Assembly: GCA_964016885.1 (NCBI GenBank) | Contig: OZ024740.1 | Location: forward strand, 103,602,001 to 103,666,000 | Length of the DNA stretch: 64,000 bases | Reading direction: 5' to 3' | Source: Eledone cirrhosa | Taxonomy: Eukaryota | Part shown: one piece after another, positions 12,260-23,597 of the stretch | Layout of the letters: each line of letters opens with the position of its first letter | How positions within the stretch are numbered: position 1 is the first letter of the stretch | The notes under the pieces: generated by a model | Told to the model about the DNA's origin: nothing | The model's database searches: none | Seen by the model: the letters and a program-made list of their open reading frames with translations, nothing else | Made by a program: the position numbers and the translations under genes

Positions 12260-15140
12260 CCGACCTCGGGGGCAGGTGTGTGTGCGAAAGAAAAAGACGG
12301 GGGCGTTTGTGGCTCAGGTGCGATAGCATCTGTATCCAAATGTGCTCGTTTGAGTCTATCAATCGAAAGCGTCTCTCTGGAACCCTTAATGTCTACAGTG
12401 AAATGTTTCTCTGAACGAGCTAACACACGGTAGGGTCCAGAGTATGGTTGTGTGAGAGGTGGTTTCACAGCATCGTTTCTCACAAACACATGGGTCCACG
12501 AGGCAATATCCCTCGAGACTGCAAATTGTGCAGTTTGCTTCCTCGTATCCATCGGCGGCAGGTCCTGAAAATAAGAACGCAGACGGGATACGTAGGAAAG
12601 CGGTCTTGTTCAGCAAGATCGACAGGGGCAAGCATTTGTCCAGGTAACGCTAGAGGAACACCATATAACAATTCGGCCGGGGAGAACCCAAGGTCTTCCT
12701 TTATTGTTGACCGAATCCCCAACAACACAATAGGGAGGTACTCGCTCCAGCGCGTAGAGTCAGGAGAAGTCCGTAGAGCGACTTTCAGTTGTCGGTGGAA
12801 GCGCTCCACCATTCCATTAGAAGCAGGATGATATGCAGTAGTTCGGATGCGTTTAGCGCCGATGATCTTCGTCAATTCATGGAAGACACAAGGGCACGCG
12901 CTGTGGTCTCAGCAGTGATATCCCTCAAGGGGATGGCTTCAGGCCATCGCGAAAAACGATCGATTACCGTCAATAAGTAATTGTAACCACCGCTGATGGG
13001 CCAAGGTCCCACGATGTCCACATGAATGTGGCGAAACCGGGCGTCCTGGTTACTAAAAGTACCAAGAGGTGTCTTAATATGTCTATGAACTTTCGATTTC
13101 TGGCAAGCAACACAGGAACGGCACCAGACAGTAATTTCACGTCTCATATTTGGCCAGAAGAATCTAGCCGTTATGAGTTTTACTGTGGCAGAAGATCCAG
13201 GATGCGAAATGCCGTGCAAAACAAGAAACACAGTTCGACGATTCAACGGAACAAAAGGGCGTGGCGTATCCATAGAGACGTCGCAGAGGATCCGTCCGTC
13301 TGCGGTCGGTAAAAGTAGGTATTTCATCCTGCTATTCACAAATTCAGGTGATGTAACATCCAACGATTCGAGGGTAGGCTGATCGGCTGCCAAGCGATTC
13401 AAATCTATGTCATCGGACGCCGAGATTGAAGTAATCGTTAAACGAGACAGGGCGTCGGCCGCTGTATTCATATAACCCGGAATATGTTGAATATCATTTG
13501 TAAATTGAGAGATGAGGTCAAGATGTCTAGTTTCTCTAGGCGAGTATTTGTCTGCCTTTGCTTGCAAGGCGAATGTCAACGGCTTGTGGTCCGTGAAGAT
13601 AGTAAACGTTCTTCCCTCAAGCATGTGCGAAAAATGTTTCACTGATAAATATATTGCTAGCAACTCCCGTCCAAAGGTGCTGTAGCGGGTTTCGGCAGGT
13701 TTCAGCTTCCTGGAGAAAAATTCCAACGGTTGCTGTTGATCGTTCCTACTTTGCTGCAAAACCGCGCCCGCGGCAGTATCCGACGCATCAACACAAAGCG
13801 AAAGCTTAGCGTTGGACACTGGGTGAGCCAGCAAAGATGCATTGACTAGAGCAATTTTCGCATTCTTAAAATCCTGGAGCTGAGTTTCATTCAAAGAAAT
13901 GTCTCTATTTTTCTTTCGGCAATTTTTCAAAATTTCCGTCAAAGAGAAGAGTAGCTTAGCACAAACCGCCTATAAAAATTAATCAGCCCCAAGAATTGGC
14001 GCAACTGACGAAGTGAGGTTGGTGGAGGCAAATCCTCTATAGCTTTAACTCTCTCAGAAATAGGTCGAATACCGTCAGCGTCTATGACGTGACCCCAAAA
14101 ATTCAAAGATTCTGAACCAAAAACACATTTTGACGGATTAATCCGAACATTGTAATTCTTTAAACGACAAAATAGAAGTTCCAGATGGCGCAAATGTTGC
14201 TCTGGAGAAGAGCTCGCAACAAGTAGGTCATCAATGTAGGTGTATACAAAGTCGAGGTCGCGAGTGACCTCATCCATAAAACGCTGGAAGATGCTAGCAG
14301 CATTCCTTAACCCGAAAGACATGGTGAGAAATTCGAAAGATCCAAATGCCGTTTTCGGGATGTCGTCTCTATTGACAGGAATTTGGTAATAGGCTCGTAT
14401 CAAATCGATCTTCGAAAAAATGTTGCAACCTTGCAACGAGGATGCAAAATCCTGCAAATGAGGGATAGGATACCGATCCGGTACGGTCATCGTGTTCAAT
14501 CTTCTATAATTTCCAGTGGGTCTCCAATCGCCAGAAGATTTTGGCACCATATGTAATGGAGATGCCCACGGGCTCGTGGAAGGACGAATAATTCCGAGCT
14601 GTAGCATATGATCGAACTCGGACCGTGCTGTTTTCAGTTTGTCCGCTGGCAATCGACGGGGACGCGAAAAAACTGGAGCGCCAGTTGTAGTAATAAAATA
14701 CTCCGTGGCGTGGCCTGGATCAGTGACTCTAAAATTTTCATGAGTCAGTTGCGGGAACGATTTCAACAGTCCATGATATAAGTTTCCGGAGTTAGCAATG
14801 AAGAAAGTCGGGCTAACTGTGGAAAATTCCGCCGTCCTGCCACAAAGAGAAAAATCAGTAATATCGTCGATTAGGCGTTGGTGACGGACGTCCACCGTCA
14901 AAGAAAAATGGTGCAGGAAGTCCGCGTCCAAAATCGGGTATGGCAGATCAGCAAAAGTGAAAACCCATTTGAAATCCCGACGAAGATTTCGGAACTGAAG
15001 AGGAAGCGAGATCTGTCCAAAAGTTCTGATTGTTGATTGGTTGACAGCTTGCAATTCAATCGACGACTCAGGAGGAGTTACTGTCATGGTATTAACAGGC
15101 TAAATACTGCACGAAGCTCCTGTGTCCACTAGGAAGGCTC
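12260..15140 (-). pseudogene. gypsy pol: protease, RT, RNase H, integrase with GPY/F tail (frameshifted)
   Basis: FLVDTGAS (PR), [18 protein letters not shown] and YIDD (RT), DASD..ELLAIY..TDHKPL (RH), H..HPG..C..CQ, HVDIVGP, TAYHPASNGMVERFH (IN), PYSGPYRV. Confidence 0.92.
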
Positions 15141-15199
15141 TTCCAGACAGGGTCCTCAATGAGGTTCTGTCTCACAGAGCTCACTTGCCGCCTTTAGTG

Positions 15200-15950
15200 A
15201 CTCTGGTCCACATTTCCCGAGGCCGGCAATGATTTGCCTTATCCACGAAGGTAGCATGATACCAGCACAATGATGGGTTGCTGGCGGGCGAAGTAGTACG
15301 CCGATGTGGAGTCGCGAAAGAACGCGAACGACTCCTAGGCCGCCGGGAATACGGCCTATTCTCCCTGCATAATCAAGCGACTTGCTGCGTCAAAGCGTCA
15401 ATAGCCTTCAACATGTCGAGACGGGCTGGTTCAAATGAGAGGAAGCAATACGCGAGTCCGAGGCGGTAGCCTTTTTAGAAAATTCCACGATTCGATTCGG
15501 GGAGGCAGCAATTTTCTCCAAAGAGCTGGTGTCCACTATATTTACCAGAATAATTTGGACGTTGTTTGGCAGGCGAGAGAAAAATAATTTTTTTATAAAG
15601 GAATTATCCTGTTCGGGCGATTCACTGAGGTCCCTAATGTGGCGCAAAAATTCGGACGGCGACCTATCGCCTAGACACTCATCCTCCAACAATGAACGAA
15701 ATCTGCTCTCAGCAGAACGACTGTTCCTTCGAAGAATTTCTTCCCGCAACGAATCATAGGAAATACCGGCCGACGGATTCGTAATTAAATCTTTCACTGT
15801 TACAGCGAGTGAAGAAGGAATACCACTTATTAAAAAGTTGAGCTTCTGCTCGGTTTTCACTTCGTTGGCAGCCAAATAAGCGTCGAGCTGCGCAAACCAG
15901 AGCTTAGTATCACCTGAGAACGCAGGCAGACCAGGTCCACTCATCGTCAA
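15200..15950 (-). pseudogene. gypsy gag (frameshifted)
   Basis: LPAF..LWFAQLDAY, LGDRSPSEFLR and the downstream LCWYHATF..KANHCRP knuckle typical of Mag-lineage gag. Confidence 0.85.
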
Positions 15951-16348
15951 TCTATTTCCACATGGACGAATAAAAGTAAGTAATGTTCAAAACGACGGGA
16001 AAACAGCACAATTTTCCCTCAACATCCATAAAGTTGCCGCAAACAAAAGAAATTCCGTCACAGTACAAGAAATAGCAGCGAAAGTCCGAAGGGTGGTATC
16101 TGTGGAACAAGATAGTCATTATGAAACAAGATGAGTCGCCTTTCTTTTCCAAAACAAGAATATGGTCGCGTGACGAGGCTAAGCCAATCAGATGGCTGCA
16201 TTTGAAGAAAAAAGACAATGTGTGTGCGAAAATGTTAGCTGGCCAGTCAGCCATTTTGAAAAAAAAAAATTTATTTATTTATTTTTTTTGTATAAATTTT
16301 CAATTTAAAACGAATGGCGAAATTAAGTAGGCTCCGTTTTCATACTTA

Positions 16349-16365
16349 ATCGTCGAGGGTCACCA
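16349..16365 (-). promoter_or_regulatory. Primer-binding site, tRNA-Trp-like
   Basis: Minus strand TGGTGACCCTCGACGAT just inside the 5' LTR. Resembles the complement of the tRNA-Trp 3' end (TGGTGACCCCGACGTGAT). Confidence 0.7.
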
Positions 16366-16366
16366 C

Positions 16367-16714
16367 TTTAGGTGGGGTGGCCAGACATCCCGTCTAACTG
16401 GATATAGTATACTGGCATATAGTCAAACAAGGAAGAAGGAACATACTTCAGTATTATGTTATAGAAACATTTTTAATTAGAGCAATTAAAAAAATATATT
16501 CAAATACATCAGTGCTCCTAGGTTGGGATATATTTTAGTCGTCATATAAAACCGCATGGTGTGATATCGTCCTTTGGATCACTGTGTGGAAAACACGTCT
16601 ATTGTCTCCGAGTTATCATCGTTCAAGAGCTATTGTTTCAGCTACTGACGTCAGAACTAAGGGCAGTTAATCGACTGCCGTCACAGTCGACGCTAGATGG
16701 CGTGATCTTCTTCA
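16367..16714 (-). repeat. 5' LTR of gypsy element (348 bp)
   Basis: Direct repeat of 11587-11947, followed on the minus strand by the PBS. Confidence 0.95.
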
Positions 16715-17687
16715 GAGGTAACTGGCGAATCTCGCGAGTGCGCTTGGTTGTTCCAGCGCATTAGCCTCGCCATCACCCGAGGCAACGCTGCGTGTCTGCT
16801 GGCTTGCCTCAAAAATCATTAGAGAGGTTGCCCAGTACTCCTCGCGACGCTGCTGTCTTTCGCTCTGGTTGTTCACTCCTTCCTTTACATTTTCTTTAAT
16901 ATTGTAACATTAAAGGAATATATCCTTCTGAAAACATGTTGTTTAGCGAATGGATTTCAATATATTAATTGTACTTATCTACCCTAGAGGGATGAAATAT
17001 ATGTAGATAGTTTAGCAGAAGGTCTTGGTTGCAGAAAGGATCCTTAAAGGTGATATAGAATAAAAGGTAGGCACCATGTTTCATGGTGAGGAAAGGAACA
17101 GAAGGCATATTTGAACATAATAATAGTTTATTTTCTTCCAAACATTTTAATACAAGTTGTAGGAGAGTGAAGAGCTGCAAATTAAGGCATAGTTAAGTTG
17201 AACGATAAAAATGTAATTATCCTAAGAAAGTCCAAAACGTAGTTACTTTGATCTTTAGGTAGGAAGAATGTTGCTGGGCCCTTGTCGAGAGAGCCAAAGT
17301 TTTTTGGTAAGTGCTACATCTTGCTAGTATGCATCGACCGGGAACTGGATTTGTCAGGTCTGGTGTCGACGAAGTGAAAACTGCAACTGGTGGGTAGAAG
17401 TGAAAAAAGGCGCGAAGCAACTGCTGGGTGGAAGTGGTCCTTTCTATCCATACGCCCCCTCACCCCACCCCGGCTATGAAATAGTGCCATTGCTTGCTAC
17501 AATAGATTGACGGATTGATAGGTAGACAGACAAACAGATAGGTAACTATGGATAGTTGTTCTACTGCTGATCAATTTGTAAACGCTGTGTAAAAGAGAAA
17601 GGTAGTGACAAAAATATCAAAATTATCCTTTCCCAAACAAATCTAGAACAAAGTAATTGTTGCATAATTCATCTGTTTTATTATAAT

Positions 17688-17873
17688 GGTTTCTACTTTT
17701 GGCACAAGGCCAGCAATTACCCAGTGTATTACTGGTACTTTATTTTATCGACCCCGTAAGGATGAAAGGCAAAGTTAACCTCGGCGGGATTTGAACTCAG
17801 ATCATAAAGGGCCGTAACTCTTTGCTGCAAAGCATGACGTCTGACCCTCTACCGATACTGCTAATCTACCGCC
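17688..17873 (-). mobile_element. tRNA-derived SINE (family 1)
   Basis: Near-identical to 927-1110. Flanked by a repeated catctgttttattataatg segment. Confidence 0.8.
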
Positions 17874-17959
17874 CTTTTATTATAATATTACAATACACCG
17901 CCATCTGTTTTATTATAATGATATCTATATATATCATATAAGCTTAAAAATAAAGAAAA

Positions 17960-18545
17960 CCCGCTTCGGTCACAAATGACCATGGGATTTGCATCTAGAT
18001 AGTTGCCCTCCAAGGCACAAATAAGTCCGGATACGTTTGTTTGTTGAAGATCAGCAGTCACCCATGCAGGGCCGGATTTAGATTTGATGAGGCCCTAAGC
18101 TATTTGAGATAATGGGGTCCCTTTATATGTTATAAAAAAATGTTATAAAAACTGCAAAACGTTCAATATTAAAGCAGAAAACTGTTTAAAACTATTGCAT
18201 TATTTTAGTTCTTTTTTATCTTATATTTTGGAAATGTACACAGTTTTTTTTCAATTTTTTCGGGGCCCCAAGAAAGTGGGGGCCCTAAGCTATAGCTTGT
18301 TTAGCTTATACGTAAATCCTGCACTGCACCCATGCATACCGATCTCCCCTCTCCACGCCACAAATGTTGTTCAAAGGAAAGACAAAGACCATACAGCTTG
18401 GCACCAGTGACATCACAATCCATTTCTACAGCTGAATGAACTGGAACAACTTGAAATAAATTGTCTTGCTCAAGGTCACAAGGAATCGAACTTACAATCT
18501 CACGATTGAAAGCTCAAAACTCTAACCACTAAGCCATGCGTCTTC
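17960..18545 (-). mobile_element. tRNA-derived SINE (family 2), interrupted by a MITE
   Basis: Minus-strand head gcatggcttagtggttagag...gtaagttcgattcc. The body is continuous across the MITE once the TSD is removed. Confidence 0.6.
18067..18326. mobile_element. hAT-like MITE with 8-bp TSD
   Basis: TIRs CAGGGCCGGATTTA / TAAATCCTGCACTG (12 of 14 match). Perfect TSD CACCCATG at 18059-18066 and 18327-18334. Confidence 0.85.
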
Positions 18546-18574
18546 AGGTTAACGTATGTATTTGACACTGAAAA

Positions 18575-18643
18575 TGACACCTCTGGTGTTCATGATCTGG
18601 TATTTCGCAATATACTTTCTCTGGTGGTCGAATGTTGAAACGT
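18575..18643 (-). pseudogene. 69-bp copy of an internal piece of the 662-aa ORF
   Basis: Aligns without gaps to 20548-20616 with 7 mismatches. One change creates an in-frame TGA. Confidence 0.8.
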
Positions 18644-19793
18644 AAGCTTAACAAAAAGAATAAGAGAATTCAGCAAGTAGTTTATTTACTAAAGAAAATG
18701 ATGACATAACAAAAGGGGTATTTGCAGAGTCGTTAAACCGTAGGTATTCATTCCGACTCTCTGCCACACCGAAATCAACTTTCTCTTTCATCCTTTGGAA
18801 ACGATAAAAAAAAGTACCAGTCCACTACTGGGTGAATTCTTCCTTTATATTTTTTTCTCACTTTCTCTCTCCTCAGGAAGAAATTAATTGGAGGAAGATG
18901 GGCCCCGTCAGGTTTTAGAATAGTTAAACACGCCGTATGTTACTACAGCGTCCTTATGACTCCCAACAGAGTCCATAAATATACATTGTGACATTAGCTA
19001 TTGTGTGGACGTTGATGTTAGTGTTTATGATGCTACTTTACTCGAAATACTGCTTTACTATGAGCTTTTAGGTTTGCTTTTAGTACAGCGTTTGGTATAA
19101 AATTACAATTAATGTTACAGTTTAGTACAACGTTTAGTTTAGTATGAGTTTTAATAAGTTTTTGTTTTACTGTTTAGTCAGAGAAGTGAATACAGCACCC
19201 ACAACTCCTTTTCAGAGCATCTGAGACCAGTGGTGGTGGTGGTGGGTTATTTTCAAACTGGAAACCTGGTCTGAATGCTTGCAACAAAGTGGACTCCTCT
19301 AAAAACACCCGAGGGCCATGTGGTCATGTTAAATTGGGCGTCAGATTATCACCCAAATATGCCACGGCGGAATTTGAACTCAAAACGTAAATAGGAGGAA
19401 CAAATACCATAAGACATCTCGAGTGACGCTCTAGAAATCCCACCATTCTACTTCGACTGGTATTTTATCTTATCAACTCCCTAAAGGATGAAAAACAAAT
19501 TTGATCTCGGCAGGATTTGAACACAGAGCACAGAGAACTGGAACAAATACCTCAAGGTATTCTATCCTACGCTTTAACAACTCTGTCACTTAGCCGTCTA
19601 GTTATTGTTTCGTTTATAGTTCAGTTATATAGTTTAGTGTAGAATGTAACACTGAGCATCCGATAGTCGTTTTCTCTTCTACCGGTCTTCTCTTATATTA
19701 ACTCGGGTGAAGCTGGGTACCTCAGCTAGTTTAATATATTTAAATGTAAAATATTCCAGAATTATTCGTTCCTCTTTTCTTTCACCCCAATTT

Positions 19794-19799
19794 TTTATT
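19794..19799 (-). promoter_or_regulatory. Polyadenylation signal AATAAA of the orphan ORF
   Basis: AATAAA ~22 nt downstream of the TGA on the minus strand. Confidence 0.6.
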
Positions 19800-19821
19800 G
19801 AGTAAACATTTCAGTGTTATT

Positions 19822-21810
19822 TCATTGAAAATATAATTTGTATTCAAATAACCATTGTTTAATGTTTGTCATTTCTCTACTAACTAACGGTTGTCCATAT
19901 ACAGGGGGATGACGACTATAAAATATTGGGTGCCAATTTCGGCAGAAGTGTTTGAGTTTCATATCAGCCTCAAATGTGGACATAGGTTCGACTGCAAAAC
20001 CTGAATAGCACGATCCACTCGAGTCGGAATCATACGAATCGGATCTATTTTGCCAAAGTTCTGCTAAACTTCCAAAATTTTGATCCCAGTTCGAAGATTC
20101 CTCATTCCACACTCCATAAGGCAATTTTTGAAGTTCGAATCGTCGAGCATCAAATGATATGTCTGTACCCGGTATAAATTCTACAGACGCACGATTATCT
20201 GGGCATCTTTTAGTATTGATATCATTTAGTCTATCTTTTGATCTGGGTCGTGAAATAGAACTAGTACGGTGTTCCTGCCGTTGTGACATTGAACGGTTAC
20301 GATATTTTCTAGATAGTATAGAACTTGCCGGTTGTTCCTGTGGTGGAGCTGAAATGCTCCGACGTTCCATTGAATCACGCAAGATATGTGGTGACCTTGA
20401 ATTGACACGACGTTCCCTTGAACTGATTGAACGTGCTAGTAAATCTTGCGACCTATACGGTGATCTTGATTGAATGCTATGTTCCAACGAATCACGTAAC
20501 ACGTCTGGTGTTCTTGACTTGGTTGTACTACGTTCGAAGGAATCACGTGACACGTCTGGTGTTCTTGACCTGGTATTTCGCATTATACTTTCTCCGGTGG
20601 TCGAATATTGAGACGTTGGTATATTTTCTCTGGCACACCAATAACGAGATGAAGCTGTTCTGTTTGGTGACACAGAGAAACATCGACTTGACCTTGAAGG
20701 TATATTTTCTCTGGTACTCCAATAGTCGGGTGACCTGGACATGCATCGATGTGAATGTAAAGAGGAACTGGATCGCTCGTGATATATCTTTGGTGTACTG
20801 TGCCAGAATTGTTTTTGTTCCGCAAAATCTTTTCGTCCCCAACTTCTTTTGGATGAAGGGGTTGCATCTCTGGGTGAAGGGGTTGCATCTCTGGGTGAAG
20901 GGGTTGCATCTCTGGGTGAAGGGGTTGCACTTCTAGGTGAAGGGGTTGCACTTCTTCTGGGTGATGTTGAACTGGAACGTTTCAATATACCTTCATTAGC
21001 AGCCGAATAACAAGGTGATTGTGTGAGATCTGCCGACAATATTGTATATCGACTTGATGATGTAGGAGAATGGGATCGTTGTAAGGGGTCCTGTGGTGTA
21101 CTGTGCCAATGTTGTCTTCGTATTACAGGATCAGTCGGAGATGCCGTCTTTGGAATTGTATTAACTTTATATTTTGGTTTTTCCTTCCCCGGATAGTAGG
21201 GATTATAAATCAGCCGATAAATAAGGTATGCTTCACCATTTTGAAATCTTTCCAAATCTGTATTGACGTGATGTGGGTGTCTGTTTGACATTGTATTTAT
21301 TTTCCCACCTTTAAGTTCCTGTTTATTATTCATAGCAAGATTATCTTCATCTTTCTTGGACACAGATGTATCTAATTCTGTTTCACTGCTGTTCGATTTA
21401 ACTAGACAAGTATTTGAGCTGATATTCTCTTCACTAAGTGATTTACATTCCAAATTATTACCACAAACCACTTCATTCATAGATTTCTCTGATTTCACGT
21501 TGCTCGAATTCTGTGATGAGAAATTGTCACCATCAACCTTTAACTGGTCATTCTTTTGCCTTTCCTTAATTTTCTTTTTTTCAACGTTTTCCTTCACATC
21601 ATCGATACTATCGTCACCAGTATTATTCTGATCGTTGTATTGTAAATCAACATCATTAATATTACCTTCTGTAAAATTCTCACAATCGTTTAATTCAGTA
21701 TTTGTGCATAATTCAGCCATTTGTTTACTTCGAGAAGGGAGGTGTTTACTGAAAAAACTGTCTTTCTCTACTGAATCCATGCTTGCAAACTCAAATTTGA
21801 GGAACGACAT
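19822..21810 (-). CDS. Uncharacterised ~662-aa Ser/Arg/Pro-rich protein (single exon or large terminal exon)
   Basis: 2-kb stop-free frame in AT-rich DNA. First ATG at 21810, polyA signal after the stop, in-frame 21-bp repeats (SPR[S/D]ATP x5), RTPDV-type repeats, aromatic-rich C-terminus. No TE motifs recognised. Confidence 0.75.
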   Translation of the reverse strand: MSFLKFEFASMDSVEKDSFFSKHLPSRSKQMAELCTNTELNDCENFTEGNINDVDLQYNDQNNTGDDSIDDVKENVEKKKIKERQKNDQLKVDGDNFSSQNSSNVKSEKSMNEVVCGNNLECKSLSEENISSNTCLVKSNSSETELDTSVSKKDEDNLAMNNKQELKGGKINTMSNRHPHHVNTDLERFQNGEAYLIYRLIYNPYYPGKEKPKYKVNTIPKTASPTDPVIRRQHWHSTPQDPLQRSHSPTSSSRYTILSADLTQSPCYSAANEGILKRSSSTSPRRSATPSPRSATPSPRDATPSPRDATPSPRDATPSSKRSWGRKDFAEQKQFWHSTPKIYHERSSSSLHSHRCMSRSPDYWSTRENIPSRSSRCFSVSPNRTASSRYWCARENIPTSQYSTTGESIMRNTRSRTPDVSRDSFERSTTKSRTPDVLRDSLEHSIQSRSPYRSQDLLARSISSRERRVNSRSPHILRDSMERRSISAPPQEQPASSILSRKYRNRSMSQRQEHRTSSISRPRSKDRLNDINTKRCPDNRASVEFIPGTDISFDARRFELQKLPYGVWNEESSNWDQNFGSLAELWQNRSDSYDSDSSGSCYSGFAVEPMSTFEADMKLKHFCRNWHPIFYSRHPPVYGQPLVSREMTNIKQWLFEYKLYFQ

Positions 21811-21994
21811 TAAATAATGTTCGGTGTTGCTTTCAACTGTGACGTCAACAATAAATACACGTGTCAACTAGACACTAATAGTAATAGTGTCATTGCCGCC
21901 GTTTTACTGCTGTTGTTAATATGAATATGATATATGTTTAATAGCAGTTAGTGACAAAATCGGTAGAACGCCGAACAGATTTTATTTACATCTC

Positions 21995-22620
21995 TTTCCA
22001 TCCTCAGTTCTGGTGCCGGCTGGTTTATCCAGAAGTGATGGGAAGAGACCAGACGGCCTTACCCGTTGTCCCTGGGAAAGACGTAGGTGTCTCATCTGGG
22101 GCGTCACAGTCAGTGACTCTTTTGCTCCCTCCCACATCATGGACGTTCCGGTAAATGTGAGGGTCACCACTTCAATTGTCGAACGGAATAAAATTCGGAA
22201 ATACCTGGATTTATCCAGTAATTATTTTTTCCGGTCTGTGACGTTCGAGGCGTTTGATAGAGTCGGATCACTGACAGCAAAGTTCTTGTCATCACTGGCG
22301 GTTCACCTTACTGAGATGTCAGGTGATGCCCGTGGGGGTGCCTGATTGTTTCAGCGCCTTAGCCTCGCCATCACCCGTGGTAATGATGCGAGAGTGTTGG
22401 CCTGCCTCAAGTGTATAGTTAACTCCTAAGGTGTCAGGTGCGGCCGATTGTCTCACTTAGTGGTGAATTGTCCCCCGCCCATTTTTTCTCCTTTATTAAT
22501 GTTTTTTTTTTTATCTCTCTTTTATGCGTTTATATTTGTATATATTATATGTGTTTGTGTTTTCGTTCTGTAAGCATTATATTATTATATTTTTATACAA
22601 CTGTAAATAAAATTTAAACA
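21995..22620 (+). mobile_element. Second CRE-clade fragment (endonuclease C-terminus + 3' UTR)
   Basis: GLSRSDGKRPDGLTRCPW...LIWGVTVSDSFAPSH...FQRLSLAITRGN. Paralogous to 11300-11586/16719-16820 but clearly diverged. Confidence 0.85.
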
Positions 22621-22749
22621 ATTCTAAAACCCCCCCCCCCCAAAAAACAACAATACCACCGAGTACGGTAAAATACGTACCAGTGAAGCACTGAAGTAGA
22701 TTTGATCAACTTTTCCCTCCCACTGAAGTTACTGTCTTATGCATATATT

Positions 22750-23400
22750 AAAAATTATTGTTGAGTGCTCTATAAAGCTACGACTAAACCACATCAAGCC
22801 ATCAAGGAATAACTCTTAGATATTTTAGTAAAATCATTACCATACCCAATAAGAAACCTACCTGGTATATCAATTTTAGAAATCTAATAGTTTCGTCAAG
22901 AGACGACGGTGACACGTCTACCATTTCGAAAAGCAAGTAGATTAATAAAACTGATAATTCCGGATTAGAACCTCACAAAAACTCACCACTAAATCTAAAA
23001 TTATTACCATAACTAAGAACGTTCAATTCAAGAACTTCAACAGCACTTTCCAATCAGTACTAAGATGAAGAATATCAAAGACCTGTCAACTCCCCTCGTC
23101 CGATGGGGAGATCTCCCACCCACTCCAAAGTGGGTGGGAGAAGATGTCTTCTCTTGTGAAAATGGGTATAGCTTTCATTGTGTAAAATCTCCCCAATTTT
23201 GCTCATTTCTCCCCCTTTGGGGGCACTTTTTTTCATGGTACTCCTCGCTAGAGGTTGGCAGGTCTGATATCAAGAAATCGAAACACATTCCTACACAACT
23301 AGAAGCACGTATGAAATTGACGTTTCTGCATACATTCCTTCCATATTCAACCGTCAGCACGCGGAATATTCTAAACATCATCAACACTCGTAGATCACTT
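22750..23400 (-). mobile_element. Highly decayed Penelope-like element ORF remnant
   Basis: Minus-strand peptides IFRVLTVEYG, ELNVLSYGNNF and LDETIRFL resemble PLE N-terminal/RT motifs. A hammerhead-like core lies just upstream. Confidence 0.4.
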
Positions 23401-23597
23401 CCTGACTAAACATCAATAATTTCCACAACACCCCTACCAGGCTGATAAACCTTCATAGTTTCTAATTTTCTTTGACATAATTCTGCTTGTTTGATGCATG
23501 TTACTCTATAGTTAGAGGGGGGAGGGGTGAAGTGAGTGAGTGAGAGAGGAAGGGAGGAGGAATATATATATATATATCACATTTAATATAGAAATGG

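Larger units (their letters stand above)
11587..16714 (-). mobile_element. Ty3/gypsy LTR retrotransposon (Mag-like), structurally complete, ORFs disrupted
   Basis: Two LTRs, GAGG(T) target-site duplication (11583-11586 / 16715-16718), a PBS, and gag-PR-RT-RH-IN order. Confidence 0.95.
9293..16982 (+). mobile_element. CRE-clade non-LTR retrotransposon (RT + Zn knuckle + restriction-like endonuclease), 5'-truncated, mutated, split by a gypsy insertion
   Basis: RT motifs GIDGLHPQHLKD, KPNGDLHPIAVGCTLRRL, QLGVG, KLDLRNAFN, GVQQGDPLGPALF, WYLDD. C-terminal CRCG..GLHGLSC..FARH and SDGKRPDG(LT). Resumes after 16718 as VTGESRECAWLFQRISLAITRGNAA, stop ~16822. Several stops and frameshifts. Confidence 0.9.

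Noticed and set aside
16965-17420. Short minus-strand ORFs next to the CRE end
   Set aside because: No recognisable motifs or splice structure.
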